A DNA stretch of 64,000 nucleotides from Candidatus Pelearchaeum maunauluense (lineage in GTDB: Archaea > Thermoproteota > Nitrososphaeria_A > Caldarchaeales > Caldarchaeaceae). The DNA lies in assembly GCA_030059675.1 (NCBI GenBank), contig JANVYQ010000002.1, forward strand, positions 96,001-160,000, given 5' to 3'. Of this stretch, positions 48,098 to 57,757 are shown one piece after another (positions within the stretch are counted from its first letter, which is position 1; each line of letters begins with the position of its first letter). Position numbers and translations under genes: made by a program. Under the pieces are notes generated by a model. It worked only from the letters and a program-made list of their open reading frames with translations. It made no database searches and was not told the DNA's origin.

Positions 48098-48888
48098 GCC
48101 TCTTTGAAGGACTAAGGTTCAAACCAGGAAAAAGCTTTGTCCACAAGCTGGACCCCCGCGCAAAGCTTCTCACATCACTACTCATACTGATAACAGCCTT
48201 CATGTATACTGATGTAGTGATAATATCCATACTACTGTTCCTTGAATATGTTCTGATAAGAGTGGCTGGGGTGAGCGGGATGTGGCTTAAGACACTGCGC
48301 GGAGCACTACCCCTAGCGACTATAATCTTCGTCATAACATTCTTCACGCGCATGACTGATAAGGGGATAACATTCATAACATTCTACGAATCATTCGCCT
48401 TCGCCTACCGTCTAGTTGTCTTCCTCTCGTCCTTCTCCCTATTCTTCCTCACCACCACGCCAGAAGAGATAACGCTAACCCTAACGAAACTCAGAATACC
48501 ATATCAATACACATTCGCCTTCGTATCAGCGATAAGATTCACGCCAGTACTTGCGGAAGAGATGCAGAGCATAATGGACGCGCAGCGGGCGCGGGGTCTT
48601 GAGCTGGATAAGGGCGGTTTCCTACAGCGTATCAGAAAAATGATACCCGTGCTAGTTCCGTTATTGGTAAATGTCTTACGCCGCTCCTATGAGCTGGCCG
48701 AGGCTATGGAGGTGAAGTGCTTCGGAGTTTCAAAGAATAGGACATACCTTAAAGAGCTGAGACCAACGGGCAAAGATTATGCGTTTACTGCGGTGGTTAT
48801 CGCGCTCTTTACCATAGTTGTCGTAGCTAGGATTTTCTACATTCAGCCAGCTCTCCACATCTTTGGTTCTCTCGGCCTTTTAGGCTAG
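48088..48888 (+). CDS. ecfT: ECF transporter T component
   Basis: LDPRAK, RFTP, AQRARG. Confidence 0.9.
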   Translation: MALSLFEGLRFKPGKSFVHKLDPRAKLLTSLLILITAFMYTDVVIISILLFLEYVLIRVAGVSGMWLKTLRGALPLATIIFVITFFTRMTDKGITFITFYESFAFAYRLVVFLSSFSLFFLTTTPEEITLTLTKLRIPYQYTFAFVSAIRFTPVLAEEMQSIMDAQRARGLELDKGGFLQRIRKMIPVLVPLLVNVLRRSYELAEAMEVKCFGVSKNRTYLKELRPTGKDYAFTAVVIALFTIVVVARIFYIQPALHIFGSLGLLG

Positions 48889-50050
48889 ATAGACGAGCAA
48901 GCCTCCTACCAGCCTCCTCCAGAATGTCCAGATGACGCGCAAACTGGAATCTCACAATATCTTTACGCCATCCATCATGGTAAAAGCTGCTCCCAGGAAC
49001 TACCGCCACACCAACCTCCCTAACCAGAAACTCGGCAAAAGAGCTGTCATCTTCGAAGCCGAATTCAGTTATGTCGGCCAAAACAAAATATGCGGCCTGC
49101 GGCTTATAGTATTTGAACCCATTTTCCCCAAGAACGCGTAGCATCACCATCCTCCGCTTGTTGTACTGTTCCACCAGCCAGCGATAGTATTCGTCAGGCA
49201 AGGACAGGGCGGTAGCGGCGGCCTCCTGAAGCGGATTAGGCGCCCCCACAGTCAAAAACTCATGTATCTTCTTCACACCCTCCAGAAGCCCCTGCTCGCC
49301 GATAACCCAGCCAACACGCCATCCAGTAGCGTTATACGTCTTCGATATCCCACTTATCGTGAGAGTACGCTCAAACATCCCGTCAAGAGAAGCCAGACTA
49401 ATATGCTTAAGCCCGTCATATATTATGTATTCATAGACCTCATCAACTATCGCTATTACATCATAATCTATGCAGAGGTCTCTGATTAGTTTAAGTTCCT
49501 CGCATGTGAAAACCTTACCAGAAGGATTGTTAGGATTGTTGAGTATCACAAGCTTCGTCTTGTTAGTAAAGGCGTTTTTCAGCTCCTCTTCATCAACCGC
49601 GAAGCTGGGCGGCTTAAGCTCAACAAACCGCGGAACACCACCAGCCAATAATGTGTCTGGCACGTAATTCTCGTAGAACGGCTCAAAAACAACAACCTCC
49701 TCACCAGGCTCAACCAACGAGAGAATCGACGCAACCATTCCCTCCGTGGTTCCGCAAGTAACCACAACCTCCGTCTCTGGGTCAATCTCTATGTTATTAT
49801 ACTTCCTAACACGCTCCGCCAGGGCTTGACGTAGCCGCGGACTACCCCACGCTATCGCGTATTGATTATAGCCTGCGTCAAGCGCCTGCTTAGCGGCATC
49901 CAAGACTTCTCTGGGAGGGTTGAAGTCAGGAGACCCCTGAGCAAGGTTGACTGCACGGTATTTGGCCGCGAGCTGTGACATCAACCTGATCACCGACTCA
50001 GGGAAGTAGCCAACTCTAGAAGCAAGATACTTGCTCATACAGTAATACAC
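48827..50050 (-). CDS. PLP-dependent class I/II aminotransferase
   Basis: NLAQG, NNPNNPSG, DEVY, SKTYNATGWRVG. Confidence 0.92.
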   Translation of the reverse strand: MYYCMSKYLASRVGYFPESVIRLMSQLAAKYRAVNLAQGSPDFNPPREVLDAAKQALDAGYNQYAIAWGSPRLRQALAERVRKYNNIEIDPETEVVVTCGTTEGMVASILSLVEPGEEVVVFEPFYENYVPDTLLAGGVPRFVELKPPSFAVDEEELKNAFTNKTKLVILNNPNNPSGKVFTCEELKLIRDLCIDYDVIAIVDEVYEYIIYDGLKHISLASLDGMFERTLTISGISKTYNATGWRVGWVIGEQGLLEGVKKIHEFLTVGAPNPLQEAAATALSLPDEYYRWLVEQYNKRRMVMLRVLGENGFKYYKPQAAYFVLADITEFGFEDDSSFAEFLVREVGVAVVPGSSFYHDGWRKDIVRFQFARHLDILEEAGRRLARLSSLKGRENQRCGELAECRKS

Positions 50051-50088
50051 CTACTATCAATCCAATTCTGTGCGGGGGAGCCAGCTCA

Positions 50089-50652
50089 CTAATGATAGGT
50101 TATAAGCTCCTTCTCTTCAAGCATCTCTTGTAGGCGATGGACCGCGTCGTAGACGTCGCGCTCGTATTTCGCACCCGTACATACTAGCTTGCCGCTGGCG
50201 AACATCAGGATAACCACCTTGGGGTTATTCATCCTATATATGAGTCCTGGGAACTGCTCAGGCTCGTACATAACGTTCTCCAAGATTGTAGCTGCCTTCT
50301 CCAAATCTATTCTGCCGTGAAGGTCTATTGAAGCTACTATGTTCTGTATCTCTATTTGGGGCTCCTCGCGTATAAGGAAGTTCTCCTTCCTCAGGAGTTT
50401 GACTACGGTCTTCACAGCCTTAATGGATTCCTCCTCGTTTTTCGCTCCTGTACAGACCATCTTGCCGCTGCTGAAGATTAGCGTGGCTGTCTTGGGCTTT
50501 GCAAGCCTAAAAACAAGGCCTGGAAACTGGGCTGGCTTATACTCCACATCTGGGAAAGTACGCTGTATCTGCGCCAGGTCTAGACGCTGGAACAAAGTAA
50601 CGCTGGCAACAACATTCTGTATCTCTATCTTTGGCTGTGGCCCTTTAGGCAT
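50089..50652 (-). CDS. tbp: TATA-box-binding protein
   Basis: Two repeats IQNxVAS...QFPGL...SGKxVCTGAK. Confidence 0.97.
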   Translation of the reverse strand: MPKGPQPKIEIQNVVASVTLFQRLDLAQIQRTFPDVEYKPAQFPGLVFRLAKPKTATLIFSSGKMVCTGAKNEEESIKAVKTVVKLLRKENFLIREEPQIEIQNIVASIDLHGRIDLEKAATILENVMYEPEQFPGLIYRMNNPKVVILMFASGKLVCTGAKYERDVYDAVHRLQEMLEEKELITYH

Positions 50653-50678
50653 GTAGCTGGCTCGCCTTGTCTGCTCTG

Positions 50679-50707
50679 TTTAAAAACCCTTTATAAGCCT
50701 TTATAAG
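50679..50707 (-). promoter_or_regulatory. Tandem TATA-like boxes upstream of tbp
   Basis: Minus strand: CTTATAAAGG twice, then TTTTTAAA ~27-34 nt before the ATG. Confidence 0.5.
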
Positions 50708-50776
50708 CACGGCATAGAATGCAGCCCAACAAAGGCGCCATAGGGTGTAGAGGCATCTGGTTGGCCGTCGCTGGCC

Positions 50777-51445
50777 TTAAACAGCCTCGGCGGGGAGTAG
50801 AGACTCAAGCATGACATCCTCTATGTCTGACTCTAGCCTACGCGCAAATTCCTCCTTAAACAGAATCTTCACCTCATCTAGATTGTAACTTCGGCCTTTA
50901 ATTTTCTGAAGCGATGTTATCACGCTACTCTCCATACCACAAGGCCTTATACGTGTGAAATATGAGAGGTCTGTATTCACGTTGAGCGCTATACCATGGT
51001 ATGTTACCCAGTGTTTTACCGCAAGTCCTATTGATGCTATCTTTTTCCCACCAACCCACACACCAGGCATACCCTCAACACGCGAGGCCTCAACGCCCAG
51101 CCGACGTAGGGTCGCTATACAGCTCTCCTCAAGAATATTCACAAACTCTTTAACACCCAGCCCACGCTTGTTAAGGTCTATTATAGGATACGCAACCATC
51201 TGGCCTGGCCCGTGATAGGTCGCGTCCCCGCCTCGCTCAATACGATAAACAGGAATACTCCAGTCCAGTATGTTATGCTCGTCGCCTTTCCTGCCTAATG
51301 TGAAGACGTGGGGGTGCTCCACGAGAAGTAGCAAGTCTCCGACTTTTTCTTGTATTCTTAGCTCAACCAGCTTTAGCTGAAGGTTCCAAGTCCATTCATA
51401 GTCCGCATACCCAAGGTCGCAGCATACTATTTTAGCGCGGGGCAA
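50777..51445 (-). CDS. lipB: Octanoyltransferase LipB
   Basis: EHPHVFTLG, RGGDATYHGPGQ, KIASIG, HGIALN, PCG. Confidence 0.92.
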   Translation of the reverse strand: MPRAKIVCCDLGYADYEWTWNLQLKLVELRIQEKVGDLLLLVEHPHVFTLGRKGDEHNILDWSIPVYRIERGGDATYHGPGQMVAYPIIDLNKRGLGVKEFVNILEESCIATLRRLGVEASRVEGMPGVWVGGKKIASIGLAVKHWVTYHGIALNVNTDLSYFTRIRPCGMESSVITSLQKIKGRSYNLDEVKILFKEEFARRLESDIEDVMLESLLPAEAV

Positions 51446-52829
51446 GGTGTATCGCCCTCCTTAAAACGGCGTGGGCTGCTTCATTAATTGACTCTGCGAA
51501 TGTTGGGTGTGCGTGTATCGTGTATCCCACGTCCTCGGCGGTGGCCGCCATCTCCAGCGCGAGCGCGGCCTCGTTTATAAGCTCCGTCGCATGCGGCGCC
51601 GCTATGTGAATCCCAAGAATACTACCAGACTCACCCTCGGCAACTATCTTAACCACACCCTCAGTTTCGTCCTCCAGAACACCACGCCCAAGGGCAGAGA
51701 GGGGAAAACGCGCAGACGTTACAGAGAAGCCAGAGTTTCGCGCCTCAGCCTCGGTATAGCCGACAGACCCTATCTCAGGGTCGGTGAATATGGCGTTGGG
51801 AACCGCTCTATTATCAAAGACGGAGTTCTGGCCAGCTATGACCTCCGCCGCGACTATCCCCTGTCTGGAGGCTCTATGAGCTAAGAAAGGCGGGCCCGTA
51901 GCGTCGCCTATCGCATAAACCCCGTCAACGCTAGTGCGCATCCTATCATCAACCTTAATGAACCCCTTACCATCCAGCTCAACTCCCAACTCGCGGAGCT
52001 TCTCCACCCACTTAGTTGGTCTCTTTCCAACAGCAACCAATACACGATCCACAGCATACTTATCTCCAGACGTTAAATTAACACGCACCCCATCATCGTC
52101 TTTTCTATAGTTTTCAACGGTGGTTCCCAAATGTATCTTGACACCCCTCCTCTCCAGTGAGCGTTTTACTATTCTGGCGAGCTCTGGCTCCACTCCAGGA
52201 AGAAGCTGCTGCATGAGTTCTATGATTATTACTTCGCTACCTAGTTTGGAGTAGGCTGTACCTAGCTCCAGCCCTATGGGGCCTCCGCCGACTACGAGGA
52301 GGCGCTTGGGTAGTTCGCGTAGTGAGAGAGCCTCGGCAAATGAGATTACATGCTTTCCGTCAAAAGGTATGCTGGGTAGCTCTGTGGGGGCTGTTCCAGA
52401 TGCTATAACTATGCTGCTGGCGGAAACTACCTCGCGGGAGCCGTTGGTAGTTATCTCCACACTACTATTATCCACAAGCTCCGCGTGTCCTTTCACAATC
52501 TTTACACCATTTGACTTTAAGAGGAACGCTATACCATCACGGAGGCGTTGTATCACCTTATCCTTCTTCTCCTGAAGCTTTGCCAAGCTGGGTTGAAGCT
52601 CGCCTGAGAGAGCGCCGTCGTTGACGAGCTTCTTAGCTTCGTAGAACTTGTTGGCAAACGATATTATGACCTTGGAGGGGATGCATCCAGCGTTGGTGCA
52701 TTCTCCCCCAAGCTCCCTCTCCTCAACGAGGAGAGCCTTCTTGCCCAACTGGCCCAGCCTTATGGCGCATACATAGCCGCCTGGCCCGCCGCCGATTACC
52801 ACGGCGTCATACTTCTCAGTCAATACCAC
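51432..52829 (-). CDS. lpdA: Dihydrolipoyl dehydrogenase (E3)
   Basis: GGGPGG, GGECTNAGCIPSK, HPTFAE. Confidence 0.95.
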   Translation of the reverse strand: MVLTEKYDAVVIGGGPGGYVCAIRLGQLGKKALLVEERELGGECTNAGCIPSKVIISFANKFYEAKKLVNDGALSGELQPSLAKLQEKKDKVIQRLRDGIAFLLKSNGVKIVKGHAELVDNSSVEITTNGSREVVSASSIVIASGTAPTELPSIPFDGKHVISFAEALSLRELPKRLLVVGGGPIGLELGTAYSKLGSEVIIIELMQQLLPGVEPELARIVKRSLERRGVKIHLGTTVENYRKDDDGVRVNLTSGDKYAVDRVLVAVGKRPTKWVEKLRELGVELDGKGFIKVDDRMRTSVDGVYAIGDATGPPFLAHRASRQGIVAAEVIAGQNSVFDNRAVPNAIFTDPEIGSVGYTEAEARNSGFSVTSARFPLSALGRGVLEDETEGVVKIVAEGESGSILGIHIAAPHATELINEAALALEMAATAEDVGYTIHAHPTFAESINEAAHAVLRRAIHLAPR

Positions 52830-52868
52830 ACCCCAACACCAGCATAGCTAGCTTATAGTTATGCGTTT

Positions 52869-54038
52869 TTAGATTATCATGAGGGCTGGGTTCTCAAGAT
52901 ATCGTTTGAGCCTGTTCATGAAGCGGCTTACGTAAGCGCCATCCACTACACGATGGTCAAAAGTTAGTGCTAATGTTATCTCTGGTCTTATTATGAGCTG
53001 GTCTCCCTCTACTGCTGGCCGTTTCTCCACACGGCCCACGCCGAGTATGGCTACCTCTGGATAGTTTATTATTGGCGTTCCGCTAAGCCCCCCTATCGCC
53101 CCGTAGTTGGTTATGCTGAATGTACCGCCGCTAACGTCTTCCAGCTTTAGAGCACCGCGCCGCGCCCTGTCTACCAGCTCGCTAATCTCAACCGCAAGAG
53201 TTATGACATCCTTACTCTCAACATTCTTAACGACGGGAACCAGAAGCCCCTCAGGCGTATCAACAGCGACGCCAAAATTATAATGCTTGTAGACTACTAT
53301 CTCCTGCTTTTCATCATCAACCGTAGCATTAAGCATGGGGAATTCCCCAAGACTCTTAACCAGCGCCTTCATGATGAATGGCAGGTAGGTTATCTTGACG
53401 CCGCGCTCCTCGGCAATTTGCCGCGCCTCGTCGCGAAGTCTTATCAACTGAGTCACATCAATATACTCGAAAATCGTTACTGGGGCAGCGCGGGATACTG
53501 ATTTTACAAGCCTTTCTGCTATCATTCTACGTAAGCCGCGGAGCGGTATTCTCTCCTCGCCGACGATGGTCTCAGGCCTGGTGGCTGTTATTGTTGGTGG
53601 CGAGCTTGCCGCCTTTCGCACATCCTCCTCGGTTATCCTTCCACCAGGTCCCGTACCCTTGATGATAGAGAGGTCTACTCCTAACTCGCGAGCTAGCTTT
53701 CTTACTGCTGGCGTTGCTAGGACGCGCTGTTCTTGCGGCCTTGTTGGCTGTGCCGTCTGTGTTGCTGGTTGCCTAGGTGTTGTTGGGGTTTCGGCTTGTT
53801 CCTGGCTTGTCTGAATCTCTGCTATGGGTTCGCCTACCTTGACCACCTGCCCCTCGCGAGCGAGTAGCTTGACTACCTGCCCCTCATATGGGGATGGAAT
53901 CTCCACATTCACTTTCACCGTCATAACCTCAACGAGGGGCTGATACTTCTTTACAAAGTCCCCCTCCTTAACCAGCCACCTGATAATCTCGCCCTCGCTA
54001 ATACCTTCACCAATATCAGGAAGTTTTAGCAGGGTCAT
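52869..54038 (-). CDS. Dihydrolipoamide acyltransferase (E2)
   Basis: Lipoyl domain, PSBD GTGPGGRI, DHRVVDG. Confidence 0.93.
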   Translation of the reverse strand: MTLLKLPDIGEGISEGEIIRWLVKEGDFVKKYQPLVEVMTVKVNVEIPSPYEGQVVKLLAREGQVVKVGEPIAEIQTSQEQAETPTTPRQPATQTAQPTRPQEQRVLATPAVRKLARELGVDLSIIKGTGPGGRITEEDVRKAASSPPTITATRPETIVGEERIPLRGLRRMIAERLVKSVSRAAPVTIFEYIDVTQLIRLRDEARQIAEERGVKITYLPFIMKALVKSLGEFPMLNATVDDEKQEIVVYKHYNFGVAVDTPEGLLVPVVKNVESKDVITLAVEISELVDRARRGALKLEDVSGGTFSITNYGAIGGLSGTPIINYPEVAILGVGRVEKRPAVEGDQLIIRPEITLALTFDHRVVDGAYVSRFMNRLKRYLENPALMII

Positions 54039-54051
54039 GGGAGTTCACCGC

Positions 54052-55029
54052 TTAGAACGAGACGGCCCTTTTGATAGCATCTAATATACGCCTCTCGTTG
54101 GGTAGGTATAAGTGTTCATGAACTAGGGGGAATGGTGTGTCGTAGCCCGCCACGCGTATAATCGGCGATTGTAGGCTCAGGATTTCCCGCTCTGCTATGA
54201 ACGCCGCTATCTCCGCACCGAATCCACATATCTTCGGAGCTTCATGGACTATAATAGGCCGTCCAGTCTTGCGCACGGTCTTTATTATCGCCTCACCGTC
54301 GAAAGGAAGTAGAGACCTCAAATCAAGGACTTCTACGCTTATTCCTTCTTTCTCGGCTTTCTCCGCTGCGGCTTCACACTCATACACCATCGCTCCATAC
54401 GTTATCAGAGAAACATCACTACCCTCGCGAACGAGGCGTGAAACGCCTATTGGGACTGTATAATCACCTTCGGGAACCTCGCCCTTCACGCTGCGGTAAA
54501 TCCTCTTAGGCTCAAAGAATATTACGGGGTCTTCATCCCTTATGGCTGAGATAAGTAGCCCCTTGGCGTCGTATGGCGTTGATGGTATAACTACCTTAAG
54601 CCCAGCGGTGTGTATAAAATATGCTTCTGGGCTTTGGGAGTGGTGTAGCCCTCCCTTCACACCTCCGCCGTAGGGTGCTCTTATGACGAGTGGTGCAGAG
54701 AACTGCCCACCAGACCTGTAGCGTATCTTCGCTATGTTTGAGACTATCTGGTCAAACCCGCCGTATATGAAGTCGGCAAACTGTATCTCGGCAACAGGCC
54801 TAAGGCCGTAGATTGCCATTCCGAGCGCAACGCCTACTATAGCTGATTCTGCTAGAGGGGTGTCTATAACCCTGTCGGGACCAAACTCCTCATACAACCC
54901 CTCGGTGCAGAGGAAGACGCCGCCTCTACGGCCCACGTCCTCGCCCATCACGATAACCCTATCGTCGCGCCGCATCTCCTCGCGGAGAGCCTGATTTATC
55001 GCCTGGGCGAGTGAAATAACCGCCAACAC
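54052..55029 (-). CDS. 2-oxoacid dehydrogenase E1 beta
   Basis: GEDVG, DTPLAE, EIQF, HHSQ. Confidence 0.93.
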   Translation of the reverse strand: MLAVISLAQAINQALREEMRRDDRVIVMGEDVGRRGGVFLCTEGLYEEFGPDRVIDTPLAESAIVGVALGMAIYGLRPVAEIQFADFIYGGFDQIVSNIAKIRYRSGGQFSAPLVIRAPYGGGVKGGLHHSQSPEAYFIHTAGLKVVIPSTPYDAKGLLISAIRDEDPVIFFEPKRIYRSVKGEVPEGDYTVPIGVSRLVREGSDVSLITYGAMVYECEAAAEKAEKEGISVEVLDLRSLLPFDGEAIIKTVRKTGRPIIVHEAPKICGFGAEIAAFIAEREILSLQSPIIRVAGYDTPFPLVHEHLYLPNERRILDAIKRAVSF

Positions 55030-55039
55030 CTCTCACCTC

Positions 55040-56128
55040 CTAAATAAATCTAGAGAACTCATCACGCTCTTCAGCCAAGTGCCATGGCTCGCTTTCATAG
55101 ACATCGGCAAATATTACATCAGGCTTGAGTGGCCGTTTTCGCTCCGCTTTCTCAATCTCGAGCTTAATGTCTTCTTCAATCTCCTCATGGAGCTTTGCGT
55201 CATCTTCCTCGCTCCACAGGCCGCGCCGTATTAAAAAGCGCTTAAACCTTGCTATGGGGTCTCTCTCCCGCCATTTCTCAACCTCCGCATGTTCCCTATA
55301 GCGGCTGGGGTCGTCTGCCGTTGTGTGAGGACCAAGCCTATATGTGAAGGCCTCTATGAGGGTCGGCCCCTCACCCCGCCGCGCCTTCTCAATAGCGCGT
55401 TTAGTCGCGGAATAGCAGGCAAGAACGTCGTTTCCATCAACCCACACGCCCTCAAAACCATACGCAACAGCCTTCTCGGCTATTGTTTTAGTAGCGGTCT
55501 GCCGCGAGAACGGGCATGATATTGCATATTGGTTATTCTGGCAGAAGAAAACTACAGGTGCTTTGAAGACGCCAGCGAAGTTAAGTGCTTCATGGAAATC
55601 ACCCTTGGATGTCGCTCCATCGCCAAAGTATGTTATCGCAACGGCTTTCTCTCCCCTATACTTTGCGGCCATAGCAAACCCTACAGCCGTAGGTATCTGC
55701 ATACCCACAGGAACAGGAGCGGGAACTATCTTATGCCGCCTACTGCCATAGACAGCCATATCATGACCATGTAGTGGGTCTTCCTCGTTGCAGAATTGGC
55801 GGTTTAGTATCTCTGAAATCGGGACTCCCCGCGCTATGTAGACAGGTATCTCGCGGTATGAGGGGAAGACCCAGTCCTCTGACTCCAGTGTGTGCGCGCT
55901 TCCCACCATAGCGGCTTCCTGCCCCTCGCTGGGAGCATGTATGGCTACGCGACCCATGCGTTGAAGCCGCATAAGCCAGCTATCAAGACGGCGGGCAAGA
56001 ACCATATCCCGATACATCTTCAACATCTGCGAGGTGGAGAGTTCGGGTAAGTGCTCCTCGTCAGCTGAGCCGTCTAATGAGATTATCTGAAACGCCCCCA
56101 TCACGCATCCAACTATAGACATTTGCAT
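55040..56128 (-). CDS. 2-oxoacid dehydrogenase E1 alpha
   Basis: GQEA, TPP motif GDG...NN, HTTADDP; start may be ATG 56101. Confidence 0.93.
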   Translation of the reverse strand: MQMSIVGCVMGAFQIISLDGSADEEHLPELSTSQMLKMYRDMVLARRLDSWLMRLQRMGRVAIHAPSEGQEAAMVGSAHTLESEDWVFPSYREIPVYIARGVPISEILNRQFCNEEDPLHGHDMAVYGSRRHKIVPAPVPVGMQIPTAVGFAMAAKYRGEKAVAITYFGDGATSKGDFHEALNFAGVFKAPVVFFCQNNQYAISCPFSRQTATKTIAEKAVAYGFEGVWVDGNDVLACYSATKRAIEKARRGEGPTLIEAFTYRLGPHTTADDPSRYREHAEVEKWRERDPIARFKRFLIRRGLWSEEDDAKLHEEIEEDIKLEIEKAERKRPLKPDVIFADVYESEPWHLAEERDEFSRFI

Positions 56129-56170
56129 GCATGCTTATAATTTCTTATACAACTACCTATAGGCGAGATT

Positions 56171-57052
56171 TCATCTACCATGCCTTATTAACATCTCTAA
56201 GAAGAACTCCCCAGCCCTGTACGAGCTTCTAACAAGCGGCCCGGAGGCTACGTACAGGAACCCCATACGTTCAGCCTCCCTACGGTAATACTCAAACACG
56301 GAGGGATGAACATACTCGCGCACGGGTATGTGGTTTAGGGTAGGCCTAAGATACTGGCCGAGGGTAACGATATCCACACCAGCCTCGCGTAGCCGCCTTA
56401 ATGTGTAAAGAACCTCTTCAACGTTTTCACCAAGCCCCAACATTATGGACGATTTGGTATATATCGCTGGGTCAAGCTCCTTAACCATCCTTAAAACAGT
56501 TAGAGACTGCTCAAATGACGCCCTCCTATCGCGTATTTGCGGCGTTAAGCGCGGTACCGTCTCCACATTATGCGCTATCACCTCTGGCTTAGCCTCCACT
56601 ACCTTCGCTATTGCCTCGCGAGAGCCGTTAAAGTCGGGTATGAGCGTCTCAACTAGTATGTTGGGGTCTTGCTGCTTTATCGCGCGTACTGTGGCGGCGA
56701 AGTGCGAGGCCCCTCCATCTGGGAGGTCGTCGCGACATACTGATGTGAGAACGACAAACCTTATCCCCATCTCCTTAACTGCACGAGCCACACGCTCAGG
56801 CTCGTCATCCTCAACTATCCCTCCAGGATGGCCGGTCTTAACTGCGCAAAACCTACAGCCACGCGTACATATGTCGCCCATCAACATTATCGTGGCCGTA
56901 CCACCGCCCCAACACTCACCCAAATTAGGGCATAACGCCTCTTCACAGACAGTATGCAGCCTATAACGCTTGATTATACCCCTAAGCCTGAGATACTCAG
57001 GCCCAGCAGGTATCTTGGCTTTAATCCACTCAGGCTTTCTCAGCGTCTGCAT
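56171..57052 (-). CDS. lipA: Lipoyl synthase
   Basis: [24 protein letters not shown]. Confidence 0.96.
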   Translation of the reverse strand: MQTLRKPEWIKAKIPAGPEYLRLRGIIKRYRLHTVCEEALCPNLGECWGGGTATIMLMGDICTRGCRFCAVKTGHPGGIVEDDEPERVARAVKEMGIRFVVLTSVCRDDLPDGGASHFAATVRAIKQQDPNILVETLIPDFNGSREAIAKVVEAKPEVIAHNVETVPRLTPQIRDRRASFEQSLTVLRMVKELDPAIYTKSSIMLGLGENVEEVLYTLRRLREAGVDIVTLGQYLRPTLNHIPVREYVHPSVFEYYRREAERMGFLYVASGPLVRSSYRAGEFFLEMLIRHGR

Positions 57053-57271
57053 TTCCTAGAAAAGACAGATAGATGACTTTTAAACTCTAACAAACCCGCC
57101 AAATAGCTAAAAATCCGCCACATGGAAAAATACGTATATTCGCATATAAGATGCCACTAAAACATCGTAAAAATTCAATGAATAGCCATACAGACCCGTA
57201 GGGGATGATGTTTAAGCATATATGCTACTCTCATACGTTGGATTTCTGGAATTAGGAAAGGTGCGTCACGC

Positions 57272-57709
57272 GTGATATACGAGGAATCAGCAGGCGCCGT
57301 TGTCTTCTATGACTCAGAGAGGGGGCCTGAATATCTGGTTTTACTCTACGATGCTGGCCACTGGGACTTTCCAAAAGGTGGTCTGGAGTTCGGAGAGAGC
57401 GAGATAGACGCGGCTATACGCGAGGTTCGCGAGGAGACGGGCCTGGAGAATATTCAGATAATAGAGGGATTCCGCAAAGAGATAGAATACATGTACCACA
57501 AGAAACGAGACCTGGTGAAGAAAAGGGTTGCCTTTTATCTGGCTAAGTCAGATACGAAAGAGGTGAAGCTCTCTTACGAGCATAAAGACTTTGCCTGGCT
57601 GGACTATGAAAACGCCATGAGGCGGCTAACATTCAAGACGGCCAAGGATACACTGGCTGAGGCCCATAGATTCCTTATGCAGAACCAGAAAAAGCTGAGT
57701 GAGACTTAA
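57272..57709 (+). CDS. Nudix hydrolase (Ap4A hydrolase-like)
   Basis: HWDFPKG, Nudix box REVREETG, SYEH. Confidence 0.9.
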   Translation: MIYEESAGAVVFYDSERGPEYLVLLYDAGHWDFPKGGLEFGESEIDAAIREVREETGLENIQIIEGFRKEIEYMYHKKRDLVKKRVAFYLAKSDTKEVKLSYEHKDFAWLDYENAMRRLTFKTAKDTLAEAHRFLMQNQKKLSET

Positions 57710-57757
57710 ATGATGAGAAATTGAATCGCCAACAGCCATACAGGTGATAAAGACGCT

